A stretch of 63,782 bases of DNA, counting the filler, from Lenisia limosa (taxonomy: Eukaryota; Protista; Breviatea), in assembly GCA_001655205.1 (NCBI GenBank). It is 10 parts of 10 records of this genome, joined end to end, with 100 filler letters (N's around TTAATTAATTAA, not from the genome) between each part and the next. Parts side by side here need not be neighbours in the genome. Positions count along the whole stretch, not along the records: positions 49,205 to 52,819 come from LPNZ01008954.1; positions 52,920 to 61,966 come from LPNZ01005013.1; positions 62,067 to 63,782 come from LPNZ01008086.1; 7 more parts are not named here. One strand, given 5' to 3'. The notes below the pieces were generated by a model, which saw only the letters and a list, made by a program, of their open reading frames with translations, searched no databases and had not been told where the DNA came from. Numbering within the stretch: the first letter of the stretch is position 1; each line of letters begins with the position of its first letter. The position numbers were made by a program, and so were the translations under genes. Below, in pieces: positions 49,687 to 62,480 of the stretch.

Positions 49687-52451
49687 TTTAACATTTCCAG
49701 GGGCCTCGGTGGCGAAAACAAGGCGGTTCCGCGNNNNNNNNNNNNNNNNNNNNNNNNNNNNNNNNNNNNNNNNNNNNNNNNNNNNNNNNNNNNNNNNNNN
49801 NNNNNNNNNNNNNNNNNNNNNNNNNNNNNNNNNNNNNNNNNNNNNNNNNNATTTTCAACCACTTTTCACTTTTGTCTCCATTTCTATCACATTTCTGTCA
49901 GCAGTGCAATAACCCCGCAGATCTCGCCATCCATCCAAGACCTGCGCAACCCTGCCCTCAAGCCGCGCCATTGGGATAAAATCCAAGATATCCTGGGGCA
50001 GCGCCTGGTTAGGGATGACACCTTCACGCTCGGCCTTCTCATGGACTTGAATCTGCCGCATTGTGGGGGGGGGGGGNNNNNNNNNNNNNNNNNNNNNNNN
50101 NNNNNNNNNNNNNNNNNNNNNNNNNNNNNNNNNNNNNNNNNNNNNNNNNNNNNNNNNNNNNNNNNNNNNNNNNNNNNNNNNNNNNNNNNNNNNNNNNNNN
50201 NNNNNNNNNNNNNNNNNNNNNNNNNNNNNNNNNNNNNNNNNNNNNNNNNNNNNNNNNNNNNNNNNNNNNNNNNNNNNNNNNNNNNNNNNNNNNNNNNNNN
50301 NNNNNNNNNNNNNNNNNNNNNNNNNNNNNNNNNCTTTTGTTGTTTCAAAATTTTCCAATTTTACCCCCCCTAGTCAAGCAGCCCGTTGCGGCCGTATCAG
50401 CAGAGGCGACTCAGGAGGCAGCCCTCGAGGAGAGCATCAAGAAGGTGGGGGGTTTAGAGAAGGTATAAAGAATGTTCAGAAGGGGACAGAAAGCCCCCCC
50501 CCCCCCTTTTNNNNNNNNNNNNNNNNNNNNNNNNNNNNNNNNNNNNNNNNNNNNNNNNNNNNNNNNNNNNNNNNNNNNNNNNNNNNNNNNNNNNNNNNNN
50601 NNNNNNNNNNNNNNNNNNNNNNNNGATCCTTCCCTGCAGAGACTACAAGGACGTCTTCATCCTAGGCGGTATGCATGGGCCTGTTTTTTTGTTGTTGTTG
50701 TTCTCAACCCTTGTGTGTTGTTAGCCAACAGAGTTGATTTTTGCCTTCTTTTTTTTGCTTGATAAACATTTTTGAGGAAATTTATATACATAATTTGAAA
50801 AAAAGTGTCTGAAATGGGGTTCTCGCTACAACAGGTCTCACTTCAAATTTTTCAATTAATTTATCAATTAATTGCACGGAGCCCTAATTCACCATTTAGC
50901 TGTCGACGAGATCCAGCAACTTCTCGAGGACACCCATGTTACAGTCACTACTATCAAGGTGGGGGGAAATGGATTCAACTATTGAACAAGAAGAGTGTAT
51001 GCTATCACTGTTTTTTTTTCTCTCATTGCAATGTAAACATGATATAGCATATTATACATATGATATCTGTTCATATTGGCACGTTACGTCCTTCCTTTTC
51101 CTATGAAAACCGTATGCTAAGATAATGTAGGGTTCACGCTATTCCGGGCCAATTAAGGCGCTGGTTGACGAGTGGGATCGCACGCTGAGTCTTTTCGGTG
51201 ACACCCTTGAGGAGTGGTTGACCTGTCAAAGAGACTGGTANNNNNNNNNNNNNNNNNNNNNNNNNNNNNNNNNNNNNNNNNNNNNNNNNNNNNNNNNNNN
51301 NNNNNNNNNNNNNNNNNNNNNNNNNNNNNNNNNNNNNNNNNNNNNNNNNNNNNNNNNNNNNNNNNNNNNNNNNNNNNNNNNNNNNNNNNNNNNNNNNNNN
51401 NNNNNNNNNNNNNNNNNNNNNNNNNNNNNNNNNNNNNNNNNNNNNNNNNNNNNNNNNNNNNNNNNNNNNNNNNNNNNNNNNNNNNNNNNNNNNNNNNNNN
51501 NNNNNNNNNNNNNNAGGTATGTTATATCGTTTGTTTTCATATTTTTTTTTTATTTTTTTTTTGTAATTTTAATATTTTTATGATAAATATTGAGATATTC
51601 ATTTCTCCAGGTTGACAAATGGTGGCGTGATTTGATGAGGCGTACGCGCGATTCTCCAAACGCCCTTCGTGCTACCACCCAGGTATTGAATATAATATAT
51701 TATCTCAATTTGACAATTACGACAAAAAAAAAAGCGATCGCCTTCCAAATAAGGCAACCCGGCAACCTTCCTTATTAGGAAGGCTTGAAAAACAACGCAT
51801 GATTTTCGTATTGCGAGAGTCTTCCCGTGACTCCCTGCATCATCTCCCATGCAATATTCGACAAGCGGCGTAATCCCCTCGTGGCTCTCTCCTTATAACG
51901 CAGCTTTTTTCTCAGAATCGGCCAAGAACACCCGATTCTGACTAGCCAGCTGCTAGACTGCCCAGGGTTGCTGTCCGTTGTCATTTAAAATCCGGGAGTT
52001 CAGTTCATTTTTTAATGAACTGAACTGTCGTTTTTTGCCGTGTTAAACCCTGATCAACCCTCGCAAAACCCTTTTTTAAGGCAGAGCGAGGTTTATTTCT
52101 GGGTGTTTTCTCTGCAGTTTTCCGGACAGCGGACACATTTTGACCCCCCCCCAGGACGGCCTTTTGCAGACACTCAACTCGCACAACAAAGCCCTGGCCC
52201 AGGTTGGAGGAGGGGGGGGGGGATATATATACGGTGACCGGAATAAGTCTTGATCGATTTGCTGCTGATTTTCCCAAGGAAAATCGTTCAAGACGAATCT
52301 CGGTTATGTCTTTGTTATAAAAAGTCTCACGCATGGGTTAACGTATCCCCATGTATTTATTTGTTTCCCATAATTTTTTATGTGTTGTCACCACGTAGGT
52401 ACACAAATGTCTGGAGGACTATCTCGAAACGAAGCGTCTCGCTTTTCCTAG
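49211..52451 (+). CDS. DNAH6: Axonemal dynein heavy chain, DNAH6-like, linker (DHC_N2) region fragment
   Basis: Exons 49921-50062 (DLRNPALKPRHWDKIQ), 50374-50444 (AEATQEAALEESIKK), ..YKDVFILGG, 50900-50958 (VDEIQQLLEDT), 51131- (GSRYSGPIKALVDEWDRTLSLFGDTLEEWLTCQRDW), 51611-51682 (VDKWWRDLMRRTRDSPNALRATTQ), 52155-52202 and 52399-52451 (VHKCLEDYLETKRLAFPR) are colinear with DNAH6. Confidence 0.92.
49620..49685. repeat. (TTA)n(GTA)n microsatellite in a dynein intron
   Basis: Direct trinucleotide runs. Confidence 0.95.
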
Positions 52452-53278
52452 GTAAATTACATGGGAAATGAGAGAGCTGGGCGAAAGAATATATTTGTCT
52501 GCATTCANNNNNNNNNNNNNNNNNNNNNNNNNNNNNNNNNNNNNNNNNNNNNNNNNNNNNNNNNNNNNNNNNNNNNNNNNNNNNNNNNNNNNNNNNNNNN
52601 NNNNNNNNNNNNNNNNNNNNNNNNNNNNNNNNNNNNNNNNNNNNNNNNAAACAAGGAACCCTCTTGCTGTGGGGGGATATAGGATAACATATTTAGGTCT
52701 TCCCTACGTTCCCAAAAGACTGAATTTCTCGATAAATCCTTGACAATATCGATATTTCACAGTCTTTTCGGACCTAAGCAAGACTCTTCATATAATACAT
52801 GAATACATATACATGTTCTNNNNNNNNNNNNNNNNNNNNNNNNNNNNNNNNNNNNNNNNNNNNTTAATTAATTAANNNNNNNNNNNNNNNNNNNNNNNNN
52901 NNNNNNNNNNNNNNNNNNNGGGGGGGGGGGTGAGGACAAAATTGGAAAATTTAAGAAACAAAAACGCCCAAATCCACTCTGTTGGCTGATAACACACGAG
53001 TGTTGATAACAACAAAACAAATCAATAATGATATTTTTTATTGGGGGAGAGTGTTAAAAATGAACAATTGAAATACAAAAAATAATCACTCTCTGTTGAC
53101 TGACCATTTACCATGCAAAGGGCTGAAAATAAGAACACAAAAACAAAGTAAAGGCGTGCGATTAGAGAATATAAGGTACGTAAAACCTTAATATCCCCCA
53201 TTTTTAATCTCTCTTCAGAAACTGTTGTTATATTCGCTAGTACTTATGCACCATTATCTCGTATACTCCGCATATCTA

Positions 53279-53374
53279 CGGCTTCATTTCGGTTCGAAAA
53301 AGACCGGCAAAATATCGATAGTTTCGGAGGAGTTATTGAGAAATTCAGTCTTTGTTCGAACCGAAGAGAAGCCC
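53279..53374. mobile_element. MITE family M copy
   Basis: Canonical TIRs; begins 4 nt inside a minus-strand GTAA donor. Confidence 0.88.
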
Positions 53375-55000
53375 TTACATTCGGTAGCAACCACTCCTCC
53401 TCCTCTTCCATTAATGACACTGGTCTTTCGGGGGTCTTTGGGCCCGAAATGGGCCAAAAAACCACTGTTCTAGTGCTTCCCTAAAATCCAAAAAAGACCG
53501 GTCAAATATCAATATTTATCGAGGATTTATCGAGAAATTCAGTCTTTTTTCGGACCATAGGGAACCTCTTATCAAACCGGACCCCCCCTCTCACTATTAA
53601 GCCACAGCATAGACTTTTCACCGATCGTAGCCATAACCGGATCGTGGCCGATCGTCAAATTGACCGCCGTGGGTCCGTCAAGATAGATCATATCCGTATC
53701 CGTGGCGTGCGCTACGCCAGAAGATGGCATAGAGACGCCAAGCATGAGACACGGGCCGCTGCTGGCGCCAGGGAGGCATGATGACGTGTCATCGTTGAGT
53801 CCGGTTGCGATGATGGGTGCGGCTGCGGGGGGGGGGGGNNNNNNNNNNTCTGTTGGCTGACAACAAACAAACAAACAAACAAACAAACAAACAAAGCCCC
53901 CACCAGAGCCGAGAAGCCCTTCTTGCTTCTAAACACTATGAAAATGACGGCCTTGATGATAGCGACGGCAGCGAGGAAGAGCGGAACGTCCTTGTAATTC
54001 ACACCGGAAAGTGCGACTAAAAGAACGACCGGCTGGAACGTGAGGAAAAGGGACATTAGAGAAGATGGAATTGGGATATGGCCTTTTTTTTTTATTTCAT
54101 TCAATGTAGTTTCTTGCTATTTGTCATATACAATGCATTTATATGTATCTGTATATCATATGTATACTGTATCTATACGCAGTATATTATGATATACATA
54201 GTACGATGTACGTCATCATAAAATCTTAAAAAACGTCCATCCGCCCACAATGACGTCAGCGACACCGGTCCAAAACCCTGCCCAGCACAAAATAGTCTGG
54301 AAAGAGCCACGGTTTGGGAGGTTCGGCTCCGTAGGGAGAAACAGTGAAGGCGGGAGGGACACGAAATGTTTCCCGGCTCGGGAGGCGGCCAAAATTGCCG
54401 GAGTCATGAGAAGGAGGGAGAGGAAGACGGAAATGAGGGCGCCCGTTATGAGCGGCGTGGGGAGGGGGCTGCCCACTATTGAAGAGAGCTGGGGGGTAAA
54501 ACGAAGGAAATTTCGAAGAATATTGGCGTAAAGGTACTAATCACGAACCGAATAATCTGAAACTCCAAAAAAAAACAAGCAACAACAAACACGAGCACCC
54601 AACACTAAAACTTGACAAAAACCAGCTGACAAAACACAAAACGAAGGAAATTTCGATGTTGAGGAATTTGATGATAGCAGGAAATGATAAGCACAAACGA
54701 AGATTGGATGAGCTCAATACCCACATCCGCCTCAAAGAGCCTCGCTCCAACCAAAATGCCAACACTATATCACTGAACAACGCTACATCCAAGACAGAAA
54801 ACACTCAACTTCCACCTTCCTCAACTCCGCCATGGCGGCGTTTTAACAAAGATTGGCAGTTGTACCGAACGTGATGTGCCAACATTGGTCACGAATGCCC
54901 CCTACCGGAAAGAGCGTTAAGCACGAAAAGAAGGAATAGTACCACTGTCAACAGCATAATGACGACAGTTGGAAGAGGTATGCGCTGGATAGAGAAATGG
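53370..55000 (-). CDS. Hypothetical multi-pass membrane protein fragment
   Basis: Hydrophobic exons RIPLPTVVIMLLTVVLFLLFVLNALSG, LITGALISVFLSLLLMTPAILAAS, PVVLLVALSGVNYKDVPLFLAAVAIIKAVIFIVF. Confidence 0.45.
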
Positions 55001-56779
55001 CTTGGTAATCAGATCACATTCTCAGAGTGTATATCGCCATATCCTTCAGTATTTATCATTTAGACATTTAGTGGCTCCAATAATTCACTAAGAGGTCCTA
55101 GCTTGTGAAGAATCCAAAACAAGCAATCAATTTAATAATATTCGCACATGGGGGAACATCTCACAACATTGACTTTAAGTCAACTACTTTAGCTTTCACC
55201 TGTATGACGATCTAATGCCAGTATAATGCTATAATGCAGTATAAACGATTTTTAAACACGATATTATAACAAATTTATACTAAATAGAGGTGTAGACCTC
55301 ATTCCGAATAAGGCAAGTAAGTCTTTTAGATGCGTTTCAATCATGATTCACGCAGCCATTTTTCCCGTTACCGGTTTCTGCTGTTTCTAGTTTAGTGAAC
55401 TTATAATAGTGATCTTAACTCAATAAATAGACGCTTATAGAGTTGAAAGAAGGCCGTTCTTTCGCCTTTCATTTGAGCCCAACACTTTCCCCTTTTCTAA
55501 ATCCCTCCTTGGGACACCCCTTCTGCTGTCTTCGAGAGGTGGGTTTATTAGTTTTAGTGTACTTTATATTCCTTATTAACATGACTCTGACGCATCCTGG
55601 TGTTTGTTCTATAGGATGATTGCATCAGTCTGTCAAGGCTATCTAATGATTAGAGTTTTGAATTAATTTTCTGAATTATATCGATAATCCACGCGGTATC
55701 TCCAACTTTAAAGATTTTAATGAGGAATATTAATATAAACAATATTAGTATTCTCCCTAAGTTTGTCTTATTCTTTGAAGCTTGACTCTCTGGAGCTTCA
55801 ATGAAAAGTTTTCAGTGTAGGTTTGGTATGGTACAAATTTATGAAATCATAATGTTAATTGGTTTTGACAACAAATCATTGGGATTTACACAAGGCTACA
55901 TCGACTTACCATTCCTGGGAAAACGTAGGAATTCACATATTTTACATGGGTATTCCATGGAATTTTGGGAAATTTGAAAACATTTATATATTATGAACTC
56001 TAACCTGCTGCATTCAACTGGTAATTTACCCAGGGCTTTTCCTCCTGTTTCTCGCCTTTGGCATCTTGCTTGACGCGAGTTTTTCCGCTGAAGTTGGCTT
56101 AGTAAGAGGGGCATCATTACGTACAATATATTTAGTTACCCAGATTTCCGAAAAAGATTGAAAAAATATCGTAATTTATCAGCGTTGATGAATTTTTTCT
56201 ATGCTACCTTAGATAGTATTATTAAGAAGACTCAATTACTAAATTATTTACCTCAATAGCCGCCGCCTGAACATGGGGTCCCTCTGATCCCTGATGTGGA
56301 GTTACCTCCCGCATCCAGAAAAAGATCCAACCACCACAAGTATGTGAACTGAGATGGTTTTGAAATATGACTGAGATGGTTGGGAAATATGACGGATGGT
56401 TTGATGGTTTTGAAATACTAATTATTATTTTTTCAGTAAAGTCTCTATTGAAACTAGGATCATAGAGATCCAGCTGTTGACTACACAAAGAAACATCCAC
56501 GAAAAAGACAGAGTTTTAACATTCATCACTATGAACCCATTACACTTATAATTATTTGACAACAACCCAAACCCCGCCCCTATGATCGCATCTGTACACC
56601 TGGAATTTATTCACATTTTAACTCAGCCCAATAATAAATGCAAACTATGAACATATCATTTGAATTAAATGTGGTGAAATATTGAAATATAGTACGCCTA
56701 TTTTACTTCACAAGGCTATAGTTGCCTTTTTAAAACAATTTTGGCGAATAAAAATTTCACATCGTAGGCTAAAAATTAT

Positions 56780-59700
56780 TGCCTACACTGGTGGGCTTGT
56801 AGTTGATGAAGCTGCTTGCACCCCTGGAAAAACACGAATTTCGGTAGGGGGTGTTGGGATATCAAAGATATTGCTGTCTATTCTGATAAAACCAATGTAA
56901 TGAAAGACGTCATCATAAACACTATTAAAATCATATATTTCTTAAATGTTTGTATCAAATGACTATCACGTAAGCTTGTGTAAGAATATCCGTAATTGTC
57001 AGGAACAACAACGTGCCTTAATCACAATATCGCTCATTTTTCGACATGACTGAATAGCAAACCAGGACTTTTTCGTCAACCCTTGAGTTTTTCCCACAAA
57101 ATTAACAAATTGTCCATGTATATTTTCCACTTATTAGCATTTTTACTTCGTAATTGTACCCCATTATCAGGTTGGCTCTACCATTCCGACTTCCCCCAAC
57201 TGCGGACTATCTGCTGCAGGCCCCCATGTAAACTGGTAAGTATTGGTGAACATATAAACTGGTGAACCAACATTGCGAGTCAAAATATTCCAGTATCAAC
57301 TGACAACTATAAGTCAGTGAGACATATTTCTGCTGTATCATGGTTTGTTTTTGTATAAACAAGACTTCATCTGAATAATTCCCTGAAACAATGACTTTAA
57401 ATATATTTTCTTTGTTCAAATTATGCAGCGTCCTCACATACTTTCAGCTTCTTAACCTGCTCGGATGTTGATAGTAGCGGCAGAAATAACATCATTTCCG
57501 TCCAAAAGGTTTGAAACAACAAATATTGAAATAGAAGCTAATTGATTAGAGAGACTACCTCATCAATGAGGTTATTCCCTCCATCGTGAAGTGGTATGAA
57601 GAAGCAATTACCGTGTTGACCCCCCAGCAATCAAGACGACTGGGTGAACGTATGTGATTCTATTTTGGATACAGGATTTTTTAAACGAAGAATTTTGAAT
57701 TATGCGATTAGTATACATATTAAGTATGTATATCATCACTACGGCGCATTGACTTGGAATTCATGTGAAAACGGTGGAATTATGGGAAATTCCATAAAAT
57801 TTTATGGAAATTTGAAGAAATTTATGGGTTTCCAAAATACCACAAGGGATTGCCAAGGAATACTGTTGTGTTTTGAAAATGCTCCTTATATTTGAAGTGG
57901 CAATACAACTCTAGGGCGATTGTGTTAACCTTTCAGTTCTTTCTGAACAATGGCGAAATTGGGAAGCTCTTGCTATCATACTATTTTACTCACATAAATA
58001 AAATTCAGATACCTTTTCTTGGGTTTCACCTCACAGTTCTGTGTAATCAGACCCCCAAACTACCCCATGATCCATCATGGATATTCCCTGGCATGGCGGC
58101 CGAAGACGACATTGCGATTATCATCACTGCCCGTCCCGACTTAGGTGAGCTAGATTTGGGAAGTCATGTTTCTTTGGCGAATTCAAACCTCTCTAATAAA
58201 CTATTTTTTGGGATAAGGGTTATTTGACAGGAAGACAATACATTTGAAATAAATGCTCTTAATACCAATAACAAGTTTATCATTAAAGCTTCCATTCATT
58301 TTACAGCCTTTTTTCTAAAAAAAAGAGAGAGCAAAGGAGCAGTCATCAAAACTTCCATCATCATCCCTCCCAGATATCACCTCATTATACAAACCTCAAA
58401 AATCACGATTTCACCTCTTAATACGCAGCAAGTGGAACTTTTGGTTTCGGTGTGCCTTGCCAAATTTCCTCTTCTAACTCAGTGGGCTATTAAGGACTAC
58501 ATTTTATTGTATTTTGCTATTAAAAAAATACATTTAATATTTTTAACCTGTGTGCTCTATTCTGCAATATACATATACATACTACATAAAATAAATAGAA
58601 ATCATTCATGTTCAATGACAATTTAGCGTCCCTCTCTGGGCTGGGTAAACATCAACCCCCTTCGAATTGACCCGACAGCTAATGATCCTGTTCATGGAGC
58701 ATTCTATGTATGTGGAGATATAACATTGATGTGGTGAGGGATAGTTTCCAAAAATTACAAAACCACAAGATAAATAGCACAAATAAAAACTTTAATTTTT
58801 TAGGCCAATATAATCATTTGACTGATCAGGCTAACATCAACCTAATTGGGGAATTCTATTATCTTGGCAGGCCAATATGATTGCACGGGACTTTGCTAGG
58901 CCACTGGGATTCTCATCAGCCTTCTTGCCGTCGCCTACGTCTTTTTACGTCTCCAAATCAACTTTCACGTTGAGTGGATATTATGGATTTGTTTAATCGT
59001 TAAACTTGTTACAAATGAATACTATCAAGATTAACTCTTAATATGAAATAATGTGTGAAGGTGTGTCTAATCAGCTTTGAACTGAATACAATTCAATAGT
59101 CCCCAAGTGTGTTATTATTGGTTTTGGTTTGAGAAATAATACTTATATCCAATAACTCGTATTTTCGTGATGGTGTGGACGGCTTCAGCCAGATAATTTA
59201 ATCCGATATCTCTGATATGTGTGATGTTGAGGACTACTTTGTATCATTTGCCAGCAATACATACAGTAACCATTAAGGCGGCAACCAACGTCATCGTATC
59301 TCACGTTCACATCGAACCTCTTCCACATTTCTTCTCCAAATGGTAACATGGTGCAATTACATTACATTTTTGTCTTTTAACTGATATATTATTGTGTGAT
59401 ACTGAATTTCAAGCACAATAATCCCTTAATTTCCGTTTAAGTATCAGAAAACAAAATGCTATGTTGAATATTAACCAAATCTCGTCTTCAAATTTGTGAA
59501 CAAAATATCTCGTTTCATTGCCAAAAATTGAATATAATGTCACCAAAACTGCCCTTTCTGATTTTTCCAAACAAAATTGGTTAATCTAAATATCAGATAT
59601 CATATTAAGAGATTTCTTTTAAAATTCTATGTAATATGACACCATTTTACCCCCATTCAGTACAACAATGGGTTAGAAGCCACACTCAATGTCCAACAGC

Positions 59701-61950
59701 TGTTGGTGCCCCGTTATTCGTCGAGGTGAGTGATATTCATCTCATAAGTAGGACACCGTGCGATTAATAAGAATATCTTTTGATTTTGAAGTGAGACATT
59801 TTGAAGCATGAACCATTTCATGAGTTTTGATTTCAAATTGATTCAATTAATTAATTTGACGAAGCGTCATTATTCATTATAATAATAGCATTCGGGTAAT
59901 TCATAATAATGGATAAAATATACCTAGGAGGACTTACTATTTTACTGTATTTGACCAAATGTACTTCAGTGTACAATTGTATTCAAATAACTAAAAACTT
60001 CAATTCTTAGCTCAATTGATTTGAATTTTCATATTTTTCAGAATGGTGAAATCTACTGGAACACCTTGTTCTTCTTTGACGAATATATGACTGTTTGTGG
60101 GTCTACAAAGAGATTCAGTTGTTACCCCAGATCATACTTTAAATTTCCAACACAATGATTAATTAATACCCATAAGATTAAAGTCGTTAAAAGATTTTCT
60201 TGATATTTTAGTCGGCCACAATTAGAGGCTCTGATATGAAGCGTTCGGCACTTAGCTTGGAGTTTTTCAACGAAATGGGGTATATGGCAATCCTGGCATA
60301 AAAACATTCCTGTTTGAAAAATAAATGGTAGATTTGTCACAACTTCAGATGGTATGACGCCAATTTTGATTCCGCACAGCCGTATTTCTGGGGCAAAAAT
60401 GCTGGATGCACCCTGTTCAGTCAAGGTCTGGACTGGTACATTTCTCAAACTAGGGATATGAAATGGAGTTAATTAGAATGTGTATCAGTAATCGCATTCT
60501 ACGTGAAACATACAAGTTTTGGCAATGGAAGGTCGTTTAACGATTTTACAATCTAGTTTGTTCTGAGCGCTCAGCACCGTACCAATGTCCCAACATCAAC
60601 CAAAATGGCTGCACCTACGACCGCAAAGCCCGTGGGCTTTGCACCACCCAGGTTAGTGTCAAGGGGAGACTGATCTCTGACAAGTCCCACAAAAGCCTCA
60701 CCCCATACACACTGTTATATTAACCCACTGTATCCCACAGACATATATACACCCGGCTTAATAATACCCAAATCTCTTCCTGTGACTTAAATAAAGGTTG
60801 ACGACTACGGATCCTGCCAAGTGATTTGGCCGTATAGGAACGGAAGATGCACCGATCTTAACTCACCCAACGCTGAAACGTAAGGGATTTAATAAGAATT
60901 TGGGAAAAAACTATTTCTATTCAAAGATAATATTATATTGGAGATATGTATGTATTTCTGGTGAATAGTCTTGTTCTTAAACTTTTTTTCCATTTCTACA
61001 GTCTTTAATCAAAAATAGATAATTCAATCTTGAACTAAATAGTTATCACATAGTTAAGGCTCACATCGGTTCTAAGACTGAATTTATCGATAAATCCTCT
61101 AAAATTATCGATATTTTACTGGTATTATTCGAATTGAAATGAAACCCTACAGATAGTACACAATATTAAATTTTCCTTCCCTAACGTGACATTACTATTT
61201 AGCACCCAATTCGGAGAGTCATGGGGAGAAAGCAGTCTCTGTTTCATGTCGACTGTCAATACCCTGCAATGCTGCAATGAACAACCAAGGTTAGTCTAAA
61301 TGGAGGGGGCTAAGGGGGTTTGGTGAGAGGATGGTTGAGTAGATGAGGATGATTTAAGTGGGGTAATTATTAACGAGGTTGCTTTGCTATGAAAGTGGTG
61401 TGTGAGTAATATTTAATATACTATGACTTTTTTTCTTTTCACTCTGTATAAATGATTTTAGTGTATATTCTCAAGCTAATTAACTAGGTGTTACAAGCAA
61501 CGTTGCAACGAAGATGGTTCCTACGAAATTTTTGTTGGAGAGAACTGGTATGTCTTTATCACATGTTATCTCATGATGAAGTTTAACTCAAAATATTGAA
61601 GAGATCCATTGAAATGTTACCAATAATTAAAGTGATAAATATCTATTGTCATACAATAAAGTTGTCATTTATACGGTCACTTGCGTTAATGGTTATATTT
61701 GTAATTGGTTGGTCTCAAACTTCAATATCTTGGAGTCTTAGTAATTCGGTTAAAAGGCGAATGATGAAACAGTAATTACATTCGCACCCAATATCTCAAA
61801 AATATATATGATATCTCTTATTAGCGATTGTAGAGAGCTTCTGCCAGATACTCATATTCATATTTCTCAGCTCTGCATAGTAACACTTTATAGGCTTGAC
61901 TGCCCTCTTGGCCAATCCAGAAGCGTTTCTGGTTATCAAAGAAACTCCTA
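56780..61950 (+). CDS. Leishmanolysin/GP63/invadolysin (peptidase M8) homologue lacking zinc ligands
   Basis: Colinear M8 hallmarks: KRDYLINEVIPSIVKWY, DIAIIITARP, FGFGVPCQ, RPSLGWVNIN, LGFS, WVRSHTQCPTAVG, DEYMT (Met-turn), SALSLEFFNEMGWYDANFDSAQPYFWGKNAGC, CTYDRKARGLC, FGESWGESSLCFMST, CYKQRC. Start codon not located. Confidence 0.88.
57739..57865. repeat. Dispersed repeat family F
   Basis: GGCGCATTGACTTGG...GGAATT..ATTTTATGGAAAT..GAAGAAATT shared with 38781-38900 on a different assembly piece and partly with ~55915-55985. Confidence 0.7.
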
Positions 61951-62480
61951 TGTCAGGTGAGGGAGGNNNNNNNNNNNNNNNNNNNNNNNNNNNNNNNNNN
62001 NNNNNNNNNNTTAATTAATTAANNNNNNNNNNNNNNNNNNNNNNNNNNNNNNNNNNNNNNNNNNNNGCTATATATATATATATCATATCTGTACATACAA
62101 TCTATAGCGATATGTCCTTCAAGCTAGGGATACGCTCTAATACATGGAGTAGTTTTTTTAAAAAAAAAAAGCCAAAGTAGTACAAGATACACAGGGATAT
62201 CAAAACACGTACTCCCCTTCTCCCCATCAATCAACTCATCAACTAATCAGAGTTTATTTTGGGTTTTTTTTCCCGATATATTACTATAACATTCTACGTA
62301 CGCTGGAGTGATGGGATGCNNNNNNNNNNNNNNNNNNNNNNNNNNNNNNNNNNNNNNNNNNNNNNNNNNNNNNNNNNNNNNNNNNNNNNNNNNNNNNNNN
62401 NNNNNNNNNNNNNNNNNNNNNNNNNNNNNNNNNNNNNNNNNNNNNNNNNNNNNNNNNNNNNNNNNNNNNNNNNNNNNNNA

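Noticed and set aside
47744-52819. PRP16 next to dynein, or any clustering across pieces
   Set aside because: They are separated by artificial linkers, so adjacency is not genomic.
60122-60448. Minus-strand 108-aa ORF as a nested gene
   Set aside because: It is the antisense shadow of real plus-strand M8 exons (SALSLEFFNEMG, WYDANF...WGKNAGC).
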